Below, one piece after another: positions 35,965-48,193 of a DNA stretch of 64,000 nucleotides. The stretch's first letter is position 1; each line of letters begins with the position of its first letter. Below the pieces are notes generated by a model. It ran no database searches. It was not told where the DNA came from and worked only from the letters and a program-made list of their open reading frames with translations. This DNA is from Chara braunii (Eukaryota; Plantae; Charophyceae): NCBI GenBank assembly GCA_003427395.1, contig BFEA01000002.1, positions 2,764,709 through 2,828,708 on the forward strand. The letters run 5' to 3'. The position numbers and the translations under genes were made by a program.

Positions 35965-37429
35965 GGAAGCGGGCTTGTGAGCCTCCAACAGTACTACTGG
36001 TGTTTGGTCAGCTATTTTCCAAGTCGTCAATAGCCAGAAGAGGGCAGTGAGGTTTCACATTTCAGATCGCTTTCTCTCAAGCTGGCACCTGCCAGCCGAA
36101 AATTCACAGAACAGAAACCCGACCCAATCGTTCAGTAGCAGCACTCACTTGTTGGACGCTGCCACCACCAGTTTTCAGCCAAGTCGGGCCCATTTTGCTC
36201 TTGCGGCAGTTTTATGATTCGCCTCACTGATTGGCCTCCTCCATTCAATTTTTCATATTCACCATCGACTACAATGACATGCCATAAACATTCAAGTGGT
36301 CCCGTCTCCACTGCAGTCGTCTACCCAATCCATCGGCCTCTTCACATGACCTTCACCGCAGAGAGGATGTCTCAAAAAGGACAGAGGAAACGATCTGATC
36401 CGGCCACCACCAGTAAACAGGGCAAACACCGAATTCTGCCAAAGAATCCTCAAAACTCATAATAATTTGTTTCCGAGAGAACCGCGTCCACACTTGCTCT
36501 GCCCTGCACGGTACTTCAAGCAACAAACGCATACATACCAGTCCATTGCAGAGACCACACACACAAGAGGCACCAAGCGCACCGGACATCGCACACAGGT
36601 GAGATGCCAGAGCACCATCAAACATAATCAACCTGTTATTCATCCCGATAAGTTCACCCCCAACAGACCCCCTTCCGCACCGATCCCCTTCTGCACCGAT
36701 CCTAAATGATATTCCAGTCCCCTTCCCTGTCATTCCACTTCCAAACCACCACTGCCCCCGATCCCCAAAGGTTCCAGCACGGATATGGGTCAACCTACTG
36801 GCTGGTGGGAGACGGAGGGAGGGCGGGGGAGAGGGGAGGGTCGTAATCTTTTGGCCACTGTGGCACGCCATCTGTCCGAAAGCATGGATGTGTCCGTGTG
36901 TCTTCCTGTACTTGACCCGGTGGGCGTTTGTGTATACCACATTGTCCGATGTCGCTCCACATGGCCTGCCATTTTTGGCTGCATGGAGACCTCGGACCAA
37001 AGGCTGTATCGAGGTGAGTGCGGCAACAATCGTGTGGCAATTGTTCACGTCCATTTTTTTTCACCAAAATGTCCAAAACAACGAGGACCACATACCAAGT
37101 CCTGGTATTTTTCGGACAGGTATTAGAAAATAATTAGACACGACGGGTGCCAAAAACAATTCATGCATCAAAAACAATGCACATTTTGGTTCCCTTCCGC
37201 TATCGGTGGGCCCTGAACTCTTAGGCTAGGTGCTTCAGCGTCAGGAAAGTACGAGTCTTCTAGCGACAAGCCAGACCCGCCGCAGCTAAGCCGCGGCTCA
37301 GAGGCGGGGATAACATGAAATGACAAAGGTGGCAATTTCATGCAGGCGGTAAACGACAAGGGGCAAGGCAAACCTGAGCGCAAAAGCCTGCCATACCCGG
37401 ACATGGGCGGCGCGGTTGCTGGGCAAGGA

Positions 37430-37878
37430 TGAGGGCCGAGGTCCATTAGTCGCCAAACGCATAGACGACAGAGAAATATGGCAGGGAAGAAAAAGAAAAG
37501 GTGTGCGTTCCTATGTTGAAGCGGAAGATTGATTCTCATTTTGCACATTCGACGAGTAATCGAGCCAGGCGAAAAGGGGAACCACAACCTCTGGGAAAAG
37601 TATGTGGGCCTCGCTCGGCTACTCACCACACGCACAGAAGATAAAAATATGGAGGCGTATCTTTCCATGTTCTAGCGAAGATTCCTTCTCATTTTGCGCA
37701 TTTGCTAAGCCAGGCCAAATCAAGGCACCACGGCCCCTGCACAAGGATGTGGGCCTCGGTCCACTACGTGACGAAATTCGAATAGAAAATTTCCAAAAAA
37801 GAAAAAGAGCAAGAGCAAAAGATATGGCAGTGTTTCTAGCCGTGTTCTAGAAGAAGGTTCATTCTCATTTTGCACATT
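37430..37878. repeat. Diverged tandem triplication (~150-175 bp period) in an intron
   Basis: Three atatgg..atgtt..ttctcattttgc(a/g)catt motifs and three atg(a/t)gggcc motifs. Confidence 0.6.
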
Positions 37879-37981
37879 TGGTGAGAGTGGAGCAAAAGAT
37901 AGTGTGCACACATATAGCATACAGTTCTTTCCGGCAAACCATCAACCGAACTAAGCACAAGTTTCTCGATGTTCTGCTCAC

Positions 37982-38149
37982 CGCTTCGAGCAATTCTCGA
38001 ACTGCCGTCTCAGAAATCTCAACATCAATATTCTTGAACCCTTCCTTCAACTCGTCAAAAGTGATCAGGCCATCATTGTCCGCATCCATGACATGCAGCA
38101 CATCACCCAGGCTGCGGAGGTCTTCCTCAGTTATCTTCTCTGCAATGAC
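37982..38149 (-). CDS. CDPK exon 6 (168 bp; junction end + EF-hand 1)
   Basis: CAG|GTC..GCG|GTGAG; VIAEKITEEDL..MDADNDGLITFDELKEG. Confidence 0.92.
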
Positions 38150-39098
38150 CTGTGACATGCAAGGTTACGTCGGTCAAGATTAGCTGTGCGAATCGTCACG
38201 AGACCCCCTCAGAGAAACCAAACAAACCCTTCAAGCCCACATGTTGTCACATATCAATATATATATTCTATACAATATATATATTCTATAGAATATATAT
38301 ATTGTATACTGAAGAGCACACGTTCGAAAGAAACGAAGAAAGATCAGAGAGCACGAGGACCAATGAAACCGTTCTGTACAGCTCTTTGTATTCTCTTCCT
38401 TTTTATTTCGCCATTTTTTTCATTGTTTCTCTTTTATTTTTCTTTCTGAGCGCCTTTCAATAATTCCATATCTCCTCTCGTGTTTAAGGCTCTCAACATC
38501 GACGACTTGCCTAAGCCCCCATACAACCCATCATATGGCCCACTTGCACACTGTAGAAACAGAGAGGAAAGACGGAGCAAAGGAAGGAAGACAAAGGGAG
38601 AGTAAGGAGTGTGGAATAAAGGTAAGAGTCAGTCTGTTGCTGACAAGCAAAGTCGGCATTAATGGTAAGGATGCGATCGGTGACGACAGCAAAGACCTAG
38701 CTGAGCATTCTCGTCACAAATGTTGCCACAACGAGTGGCATCAACCATACCAACCACACACTCACTCCGAACAGCACAGATGTCACAAGTCAGAACGATG
38801 GGGAAGAACCTAAAACACAGAAGATCATGCATACATCAGAGTCCCTGCCCTCCAAATGGACATACGACAGCCTACATGCGCATTGCACAAGCAGTCAGGA
38901 AAGGAAGGGCGGCCCTCTGCGCACGTGGATGCACAACCCGCGCATTGTACATCCTCATATAAGTAAGCTGGCCATCATTTTCCGTCACCACAGGCCGGAG
39001 TTCATTTTATGTGTGCAGTGACGTGAACCCCCATCATCCAAACAACATGTACACAGATGGAAAACAAAAAACTACACCACGAAATGAAGTATACCCAC

Positions 39099-39211
39099 CT
39101 TTAGAGCTTTCTTCTTCAGTTCCGACATCATACAGTATGGCCTCGCCCTCTTCGGCAGAGCAATACCAACGCCAGGGGCAGGTGTAAGGGCTTCTGAAAA
39201 CCACGGATGTT
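39099..39211 (-). CDS. CDPK exon 5 (113 bp; kinase end + autoinhibitory junction)
   Basis: CAG|AA..AAG|GTGGGT; HPW...MMSELKKKALK. Confidence 0.88.
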
Positions 39212-40088
39212 CTGCACACAATGACACGACACGTGCACATTTGTCATTTGGTGACCTGTTGTGCACATAAAGACGTGGAAAATAAACAGCTGTCATAAAA
39301 TTTTACAAAGCCGTTTCACAACAATATCCACCTCTTAATTAAACAAACAGCACCTACAAAAAGCCCGACCGTCCACAGTACTAAATGAATCACAGAAGAG
39401 ACTACCGAACAGACCTTCCTCCTGTCGGGTCAATACCATTCACCCCACGTGAAGTCGAGCAAGAGCGTCGTAGAGTACTAAACTCTTTTTGCGGACACTA
39501 CATCTTCATTAGCCCTTGCAGGGAGTGGGGACGCGACGGCGTGTGGGACGGCGTACAGCCTACCATGGTCATGGAAGAGCATTGGGTTAACCCTCAGGCG
39601 CCTACTGCCATCAGCGCAACCGTACCTCTTAGTCTTGGGCATACGCAACGATACATACAATCCACAACAAGCAGAAGTGAGGCAAAGTAGCAATGTTGAC
39701 CTGTTTACCCGGAATCGAAATAACGCAAGAAAATTGTGGTTAACCAGGATTACGAACAACAGACGACTTTACAAATCTTATTAACAACAGAATTTAGCGA
39801 ACGACGCCAAATATTGCTATGGATTGCTTTTTTTGCATCTTTTGCAGTGAAAGTACCTAAGACCTATCAAATACGATGAACACAGGTTAGAAAAGTATAT
39901 GGAAATACGAGCACAAGACAAGACCCATCTGCAACTTCAGCGAAAGAGGAGCTTGCATACTCAAAATCGAAAGAGAGCATGAGGAGAACTGAGCTGACCA
40001 AGATAACAAACAACACACAACTTCGAATGTTTACAAAAAGACGAACACAGGCAAGGAAAGCATACAAAAATGCGAATACAACACCCAC

Positions 40089-40241
40089 CTAGTACTTGAT
40101 CTGCAGTGCAACGCAGCGCAGGATCAGGTTCCAACATCTTCCTGATCAGTTTCTTTGCAGTCTGCGAGACTTTAGCCCACGGTTGCCTTTCGAAGTTGAT
40201 ATAGGGTGTCTTCAGTGCTTCCTCCATCTCTTCATAATTTT
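40089..40241 (-). CDS. CDPK exon 4 (153 bp; kinase subdomains X-XI)
   Basis: CAG|AA..CTAG|GTGGGT; INFERQPWAKVSQTAKKLIRKMLEPDPALRCTADQVL. Confidence 0.93.
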
Positions 40242-40502
40242 CTGCAGGCAACAATCACAACCAAATCAAATGTCTGCTGCTGCGGGCCGCATCACATCCA
40301 CGCAGAATCCAATAAGCACAAACTCGTCATAAAAAAAACGGGCCGAAGACTTCGGAGTCAGGAAGTCCGCGCCACAACATCAGACGGCGCAGTAAACATC
40401 TTTAAAAAAACAAGCCACACACATCACTCCTGGTAATGACATATTGCATTGTAGGCCACCAGAAAAAGCGTTTCCAGCCTCCATCAGCACATCCCTGCCA
40501 TT

Positions 40503-40712
40503 GGTACCATATTTCGATCTGCCTCGACGTCGATTAGGAATTCCTTGCAAGTCTTTCACTCCTCGAATACAACGGTATTTGTTTTTACAGCAGGCAAATC
40601 TTGCGACTCTACCTCCTCGAACCATAACAATAGAGTGCTCTTGTAAATTATGGCCTTCTGCCGGAATGTATGCAATAACCTCATTTCGATTTGTTGATCT
40701 CACTCTGGCAAT
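40503..40712 (-). pseudogene. rps12: Mitochondrial-type ribosomal protein S12 fragment (NUMT) in a CDPK intron
   Basis: [53 protein letters not shown]; DLPGV motif scrambled. Confidence 0.9.
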
Positions 40713-43700
40713 CTCAAATACGAGACGAGATCATCACCAACCATGACAAGCAAGCAAAAGGAACTCAGAGCAAGTCTTGCACACATGTAGCCAACCTTTT
40801 CAAGTCCGCTCTAAATAAATTATGGGAACTGGTTTCAGTAAAATGGTGTTGGAGGGTCCTAGAGAGTTTTGTTAGGAATCCCTGGGGTTGTAGAGTTTTT
40901 TTTTTTTTTTTTTTTGGGGGGGCCCCCGGGGGGGGGGGGGGGGGGGTTTTTTGGGGGGGGGGGGGGGGGGGGGTATTTTGAAGGACTAGGACTGACGTGG
41001 TTTGCCGTTTCAGGAGTATGGTTGCTATCTCCATTAGCTCTACTGACTCCTTAAGGTTGTGCGGATTTCTAGCGGTGTTATCAGTAGTAGTACTGATGAT
41101 GGTATACTCAGGGATTTGTCGCTGTCCAATGCCAGAACGACGGTGGTCGTAGCTGGGGTGTTGCCCTGTAACCTGTTGCAAACGGGGGCGTGAGGCCTGG
41201 TAGAGACATATGAGGATGCTTTGCGGTGGGCATCCTAAGGGACAGCTGGAGGTTGCTGTCAGGACGACGCTGGTTGGAGCTGGGCCGAGTGCCAAGTCAT
41301 GTTGCCATGTAACCCAAAACGCTGCGGGTGCGAGGCCTGGAAGAGCCTGGCAGAGAGTAGGACAGCTTCAGGTGTTGGGATCAGCGGTCAATAGATGTTC
41401 TTACAATCTGTTCTTCTCAGCCGATGCTGGGTAACGGCCTCAGTATCTTAAACTTTTCTATACAAACAAATTCATATGGGACGCTGGGCCCGGCTCCCAG
41501 CACGTGCGGGGGAAAAAAAAACAAAAAAAAACGGGACTTCATAATGGAACCTGCTCGAAAACGTTTCCAGCGTCTCAACAACACCAATATGCCAGAACCA
41601 CAGAAGAAACGATATGGGCAAGAGGAAGAGATGCCAGCCCTTACAGTTAAACTATATTCTTCTCTCCCTTTCAACTAAACTATATTCTTTCTTCCCTTTC
41701 ACCTTTCACTACTTAGCTGCCACTACTCCCAAGCCTATACAGGGGACACCTGCAAGCATAGCTACCCCGCACAATGAAGGGGATGCATGTCGACATCGGC
41801 CCTAATCGGCTGTGGTCAGGAAGTAGTCTGGGCCCGCCGGTGCCAGAGGGGTAGAGAGGGGGAGAGGGGGGGGGCTGACGCAAACACCGAGCACTTCGCC
41901 AGTAACTGCACCTCCCATCTACGTCCCCCACCCCCACGGAATAACAGCAGCACCCATGGCCAGCACTCTCGCACCACACAACAACCCATACGCACAAGCA
42001 CACACACCCGTGATGGCCAAAGTGTGTTCGCTTTCTTGTCGTCATCTACAATTGAGGAAAGGAAGTGATCGGAAGTGCTCAAAATCCCGAGTTGGCTGCG
42101 CATTGGTACCCAGCTCTGTTCATTTGCTTATCGTCATCCACCAAAACAAAAATACAGACCTGAATTCGAATTTAGATCGAACCAGATGAATGCAATCAAC
42201 TACTTCTGAATAACCTGGAGCCGGTCAGTTGGACAGTGGCATCTAAAATCGATCCCCCTTACAGAAGGGAGAGAGGGGAGGGGGGAGGGGGGGNNNNNNN
42301 NNNNNNNNNNNNNNNNNNNNNNNNNNNNNNNNNNNNNNNNNNNNNNNNNNNNNGACAAGCCCGTTTTTCAACTTTCATTTTCATTTAGAGGATTCTTCTC
42401 TTTTTTTTTTTTTTTGGGGGGGTGGGGGAGATGGCGGGGGTCGGGGGTGGGGGGGGGCCGACGGCGGGCAGCGACTCGTTCGTGCCAGCTGTTCGTCGTG
42501 GCGAGTTCTCGTTTCATAGGAGCTACCCCCACAATTTGGTGAAAAATGATCATTTACGTTTTCTAGCCTTTCCTTTCACGCGCAGCGGTACGCGCCTAAT
42601 AGACGACTGCCACACACTCCGTTTTCTAGCATTCTCGTTTCATAGGAGCTACCCCACATAAATGTACCTATTCTTTTTTTCCTTTTTTTTAAGGGCAACG
42701 GCCTTGAGATATCATCATTAAGCTGACCGCCCCCAGGCAATTCAGAAATAGTTGGTTTTACAACTTTACTCGTCAAGTTCCATCATCTGGATTCGAACAC
42801 GGGTCTGTATTTTGAACATTTCATGGGTGTACCCACTGCGCTAGGCTCTTGGGTTACCCCACATAGATGTACCTATTCATATTCAAAAATCGCGAGTTCC
42901 GACGTCGATTAAGATATCCGCCAGGAGTCAGAGAAACCTTGCGCGGCGATAGCAGCCGCTGTGTGGCAGGTGACCAATGGTTGGTCGTTCCGCAGGGCAT
43001 TACGTAGGTTATAACTAGTTTGGGCCTCGCTCCGCTACTGAACATTCCACACGTAATCGGGACTGTTTACGGACCAGATACGACCGATCGAATGCGTCGA
43101 AAGTATCGGGACCGTTTCCAGCTCCAGATGTATTTAGCATGTTGTGCAATGGAGCGAGGCCCTTTACCTGCCGTCGATCAATCATCATCATCTAAGATTG
43201 GCACAAAGATTTGCCCGGATTCAACGACAAATTTACTAGTGCAGGTGGTACACACCCGTACCGTGTCCTTTTTTCTTTTTTTTTTTACGTATCGTCGAAA
43301 CCGGTTTTCCCTTTCTACTTTTTCATGTTTCCAGCCACCTATTTCCTCCTCCCCTTTTTCCCATGCTTTTGACCACTCGCTCTGCCATTACTGCCCCAAA
43401 CACTGTCGGCCATACAGACGCCACGGGAAACAAGCCGGGCCTCGTTTGCTTTCCCCTTACGCGGGAAGGACAGGGAGGCCACGTTCGCCTTATTCCTCCA
43501 CAAACCTCAGCCAAAACGGGCCGCCGCGCGTGCAACCTATGACGACTTTGAACTGAACGAATGCCGACTAACCACATGACGCATCTAGGTAGGCCCTACG
43601 AGTGCTGTGCAGCTCCACAGAGAGCAACAGAGAAGTGCCCCACTGGATCACTCTCCTATCGGATGCAAGGAATCCCGTCTAATTCTTGGACCATCAAATA

Positions 43701-44172
43701 GATAATACGTAAACAAGAATACACCTCATGCTTGAAGACCCCAAAATTAACCCGGGTCAGAACGGACACCTGAACGTGCGACTGCAAACCACGACCTGCA
43801 CATGCACTTGGACACCCAGGAGGCCACGTGCAAGTGCAAACCACGACCTGCACATGCACTTGGACACCCAGGAGGCCACGTGAGTTCTCACTACGCTGGT
43901 CTTTGTTTTCCCTCTTGAACCGAAAAAGGGCTATTTCCGTGCCACACCCCAATAATGAATAATGCGTTGCCTTCTTTCTTTTTGAGAAAAAGGCAAACGT
44001 GGCCAACTTGCACCTCTCAATGGAATGGAAGTCACACCACCACCGCCTCCCCTCCTCTCGTCCTCCCACCGCTTGCCCAGCCAGCAGTGGTCCCACAACA
44101 GAGTAGAAATTGCGCAGTCCTATCGCCACAATCGTGGGCGAAGCATATCGAAGCAGAAACCCATAACAACGC

Positions 44173-44280
44173 TCTATCTTCACCCGAATAGAACGCCCGG
44201 TCGTTAAAGCCGTGTCTGGAATGAAAATTGCAGCAATTACGGCCATAATGACCGGGCGTTCTATTTGGGTGAAGACGGTA
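44173..44280. mobile_element. TA-flanked hairpin MITE, copy 2
   Basis: tcttcacccgaatagaacgcccggtc ... gaccgggcgttctatttgggtgaagacggta. Confidence 0.8.
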
Positions 44281-45450
44281 GCAGCCTATACGAAGGCAGC
44301 AATCTGTTCCGACACTCCAGTACAGCTTGATGTCCGACTTCAGTTCTCCCACCAGTAAGAATCGTAAGGGAATCATCATAAATCCCCTTTGCAATCTTAC
44401 GCCAACGGTTTAAGACCTACCGTAGCACAGGCCTGAACCATACGGTGAAGAACCAAAAGAGTAATCTGTCTCGCCGCATCGCCGCATCCCATCCCGACTC
44501 TCTTTCATAGGAGAGTCCGGCCTCCCTTTCCCGCTCCAAAGGTACTGAGTGAAGGGACTACTGCCCGCGGAGAGAGAGCAGCCAGCGGAGTGGTCAACGC
44601 GTGGGAAATTAAGCAAACGGAACCTGCGGTGCGGGAAACTGTGAGCGAAGCGGGAGGGAGGGGAGAGAGAACCGACGGGCCTGGCTCAGTTGGAACACCC
44701 CTGAACTGTCGATAATAATGTATAACGGCATCGATAAATAGACCCATGTCTGTACATTTCCGTGCCACACCCCAATAACTTGGGTCTGCCTATTTCCTGG
44801 AAATATACAGACACCCATGACTGGAAATAGACCCAAATTCGAATAGAGATGATGCATTCCTTTTTTCCTCCACAAAACATCAGGTTACATCTCCTCTATC
44901 CATCCCCTCGATCCAGAAGGAGAGCAGAATAACCCAATTCTGAATTACCTGAGGCCGGTCGGCTCGATGATGATAACTCAAGGCAGTCGCCGCGGGAGAA
45001 GAAGGGAAGGGAGGGGAGCGAACGTGATGTGACAAAGCCGTTCAGCGCAATCACTGCCAAGTGACTTGTCGCGGATATTCGCCCGCTACCGACAAAAACA
45101 GTCGTCAGGTTTAACGATCAAGGCCGGTGTCATGATATGAAAGGAACCAGAGGATTGCAAACAGATATCCTCGCTATGTCTCCGAATAGACCCTCACCGA
45201 CGGCAAATGCTCTTTCTCCGGGGGCGAGGTCCCACGAGCAAAGAGGATTGGCTTGAACACCTGAATCTGTACTTGTTTGTGGTTTGTGGAAAGAAGCAGA
45301 ATGTCGAGATTGAACTGCTTTTCCGCATCTATGTTCAAAACACGTCCAGATTCAGGATATTTATCCAACCGTCTTTGCTAGTGGGACCTCACCCCTGGGC
45401 TGCCTGCCTTCTTTCATTCGAAGGTACGTGTTCGTGCCTTCTGTTTTCCC

Positions 45451-45558
45451 TACAGCCTTCACCGGAAGAGGACGCCCGGTCATTATAGCCGTATTTGGCT
45501 CAATTTCCAGTCAAGATACAGCTATATGAACGGACGCTCTATTCGAGGGAAGACGATA
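45451..45558. mobile_element. TA-flanked hairpin MITE, copy 3 (diverged)
   Basis: ta cagccttcaccggaagaggacgcccggtcattatagccg ... ctattcgagggaagacga ta. Confidence 0.7.
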
Positions 45559-46183
45559 GGGAACTCAATTAGGAAAAAGTCGAGGAGCTGCTCTATGCTC
45601 TCATATATTTCTCTACTAATTTTTTTTATTTTTTTATTTTTTTAAATGCCCATGCGCAGAGCCTCCATCCTGGTGGTGGTAAGAGAACCACCGAGATTGA
45701 GGCTTTGCCTGGCGGGCCGCTCCATCTATCAAGATCTTTTCCGACGAATTTATCTGACCACGTGAACCCTGCGTGCTGATACGGATTCACAAAACACAAT
45801 CGCATTCACAAAACCTCATGATCCGAAAAGAACGACAAGGATGGAAACGCTGTATCATGACCCAACACACAGTAAAACAACAAACAACGATTTTTGAGCA
45901 CGCAGAGGAGCAATTTTCCTGCTTTCCTCTTGAAAAGGAAAGAAGGACAGTGCTGTATTCGGACACAACTGAGGCAGAAGTCGCAGCTGTGTGACCGCCC
46001 GTTTAACACGCTCATACTGAGAACAAACACGCTTTAGGAAAGGTTTTCACCCGACCTCTTGAAAAAGAAGGACAGTACTAAATAATCACAACGGGGTTCC
46101 CATTTAGCGTCGGATGATAGAGGAAGTTTAAGATAAGTCACTTCAATGCAATGCAAGTCCTTCTGTTCCTTGAAATCCAGCTA

Positions 46184-46456
<273 letters not shown>

Positions 46457-46624
46457 TCACAAAATTATCAGATACAGTCGTCATGGAGATCGCATGGAAC
46501 GTGAAGATCACCAGTCTACCAGCCTCGGGATCGCCGCACACAGAACAAGCAGAGGATTATGACGAAGATGTAAGGGCAGACAATTGCCACCTCATCAAAT
46601 GAAACCCAAAACCGGTCAGTGTCC

Positions 46625-46668
<44 letters not shown>

Positions 46669-46751
46669 GCATAGAGGCCCATTTCCTTTCCTGCGAGACC
46701 TAGGGGGCAGACAATTGTCAACTCATCAAATGAAACCCAAAAACGGTCAGT

Positions 46752-46833
<82 letters not shown>

Positions 46834-46954
46834 GCATAGAGGCCCATTTCCTTTCCTGCGAGACCTAGTGCCGGTTGGATTGGGGATTTCTGTTCATTGG
46901 CACAGCAAACAGGGACTTGCTCATACTTGTAGTTGGATTTCCGTTCTTCTTTAA

Positions 46955-47105
46955 ACCACCAGTACTTCCTAAAGTCGCGTAGCGTTAACGCTACGCGATT
47001 TTCGGAAACGTAAGGGCCACTACAGGAGCGCCCAAATTCATCCAACTAGAAACGTTTCTACTCTATTTTTTTCCGCGGCCCATAGCTGGGCCAAGTACTG
47101 GTGGT
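46955..47105. mobile_element. MITE flanked by TTAA on both sides, 13-bp TIR ACCACCAGTACTT
   Basis: TTAA-accaccagtactt ... aagtactggtggt-TTAA; internal palindrome tcgcgtagcgttaacgctacgcga. Confidence 0.8.
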
Positions 47106-47653
47106 TTAAGAGTTGTGAGCCTGTGCTCGGTACGATATACTTTGTTGTCCTGCTATTACCCACTGCGCCACTCAACAGCACATTCGTAGGCCGGCGCCCG
47201 AGCAAATCAGAAAGACGAGGTGCGCCCAAAAGCAAATTCGGGTAGAGGGGCAGGAAGCACGGGTGCACAGCTAAAAACGGGTACACAGACAGGAGCCACG
47301 TAAACAGAGGACGAAGAGGGCGCGACTATTATTATCGCAAACGAAGAACAACCTTAAAGAAGCGGCGAGGAATTTGGAACTAACTTAGCGAAAAGGCAGG
47401 ACCGACCCGAATGATCCACGAGAAGAGGGAGACATGCAACAGTCATCTGGAAATTCATCGAGAGAATTAATCACTAAGAAGAGACTCGATACGTCAGAAG
47501 GACATTGGGTCAGAAAATGAGAGAACCGCGCGCGAGCGAGAAAGACGAACAACTTCAGAAGATAAAAAGGAGAAGAAGAGGAAGAAGGAATAGCGCAGAG
47601 AAAGATGAACAATTGCAGCAGGTGATAAGAAGGAACAGCGACCAAAAACCTAC

Positions 47654-48193
47654 CTGGGGTGAAGAAGACGGAAAGACCAAAGTCCCCGACCTTAGCAACG
47701 TCCTTCCGGCGCAGGAAAATGTTCTCAGGTTTGAGATCCCGATGCATGACGCCATTCGCATGACAATGTCGAATCACCTCCACGATTTTGATAAAGATAC
47801 GGGCCGCGTCCGCCTCTTTCATAGCCTTGTTATTCTGCTCCTCGATTAGCTCAAAGAGATCCCCACCTTCGCAATACTCTATAATCAAATGCACCGCTTG
47901 CGGATCTTCATAAACCGCCTTCAACGCAACGATGTTGGAATGGCCGTTCAGCTTCCACATGACCGCCACTTCCCTCTTCAAATCCTCGTAATCGGACTCA
48001 ACAAGCAGTTTACGTCGGTATATCGTCTTACAGGCGACCTTCTCCTTCGTCTCCAAATCTTCACACAGATATATCACCCCATACTGCCCGATTCCAATGC
48101 GACGCTCCCTCCGGTATCTCGAATTGACATCGCAAGCAAAAGGCTTGGGAATTGCCGGCCCTACCACGTTGGCCAGGCTGCGAAAAGAGCAAT
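47654..48193 (-). CDS. CDPK exon 2 (kinase subdomains I-VII)
   Basis: IGIGQYG, VACK, EYCEGGDLF, HRDLKPEN, DFG; acceptor TTTTCTACAG|AT, donor G|GTAGG. Confidence 0.95.
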
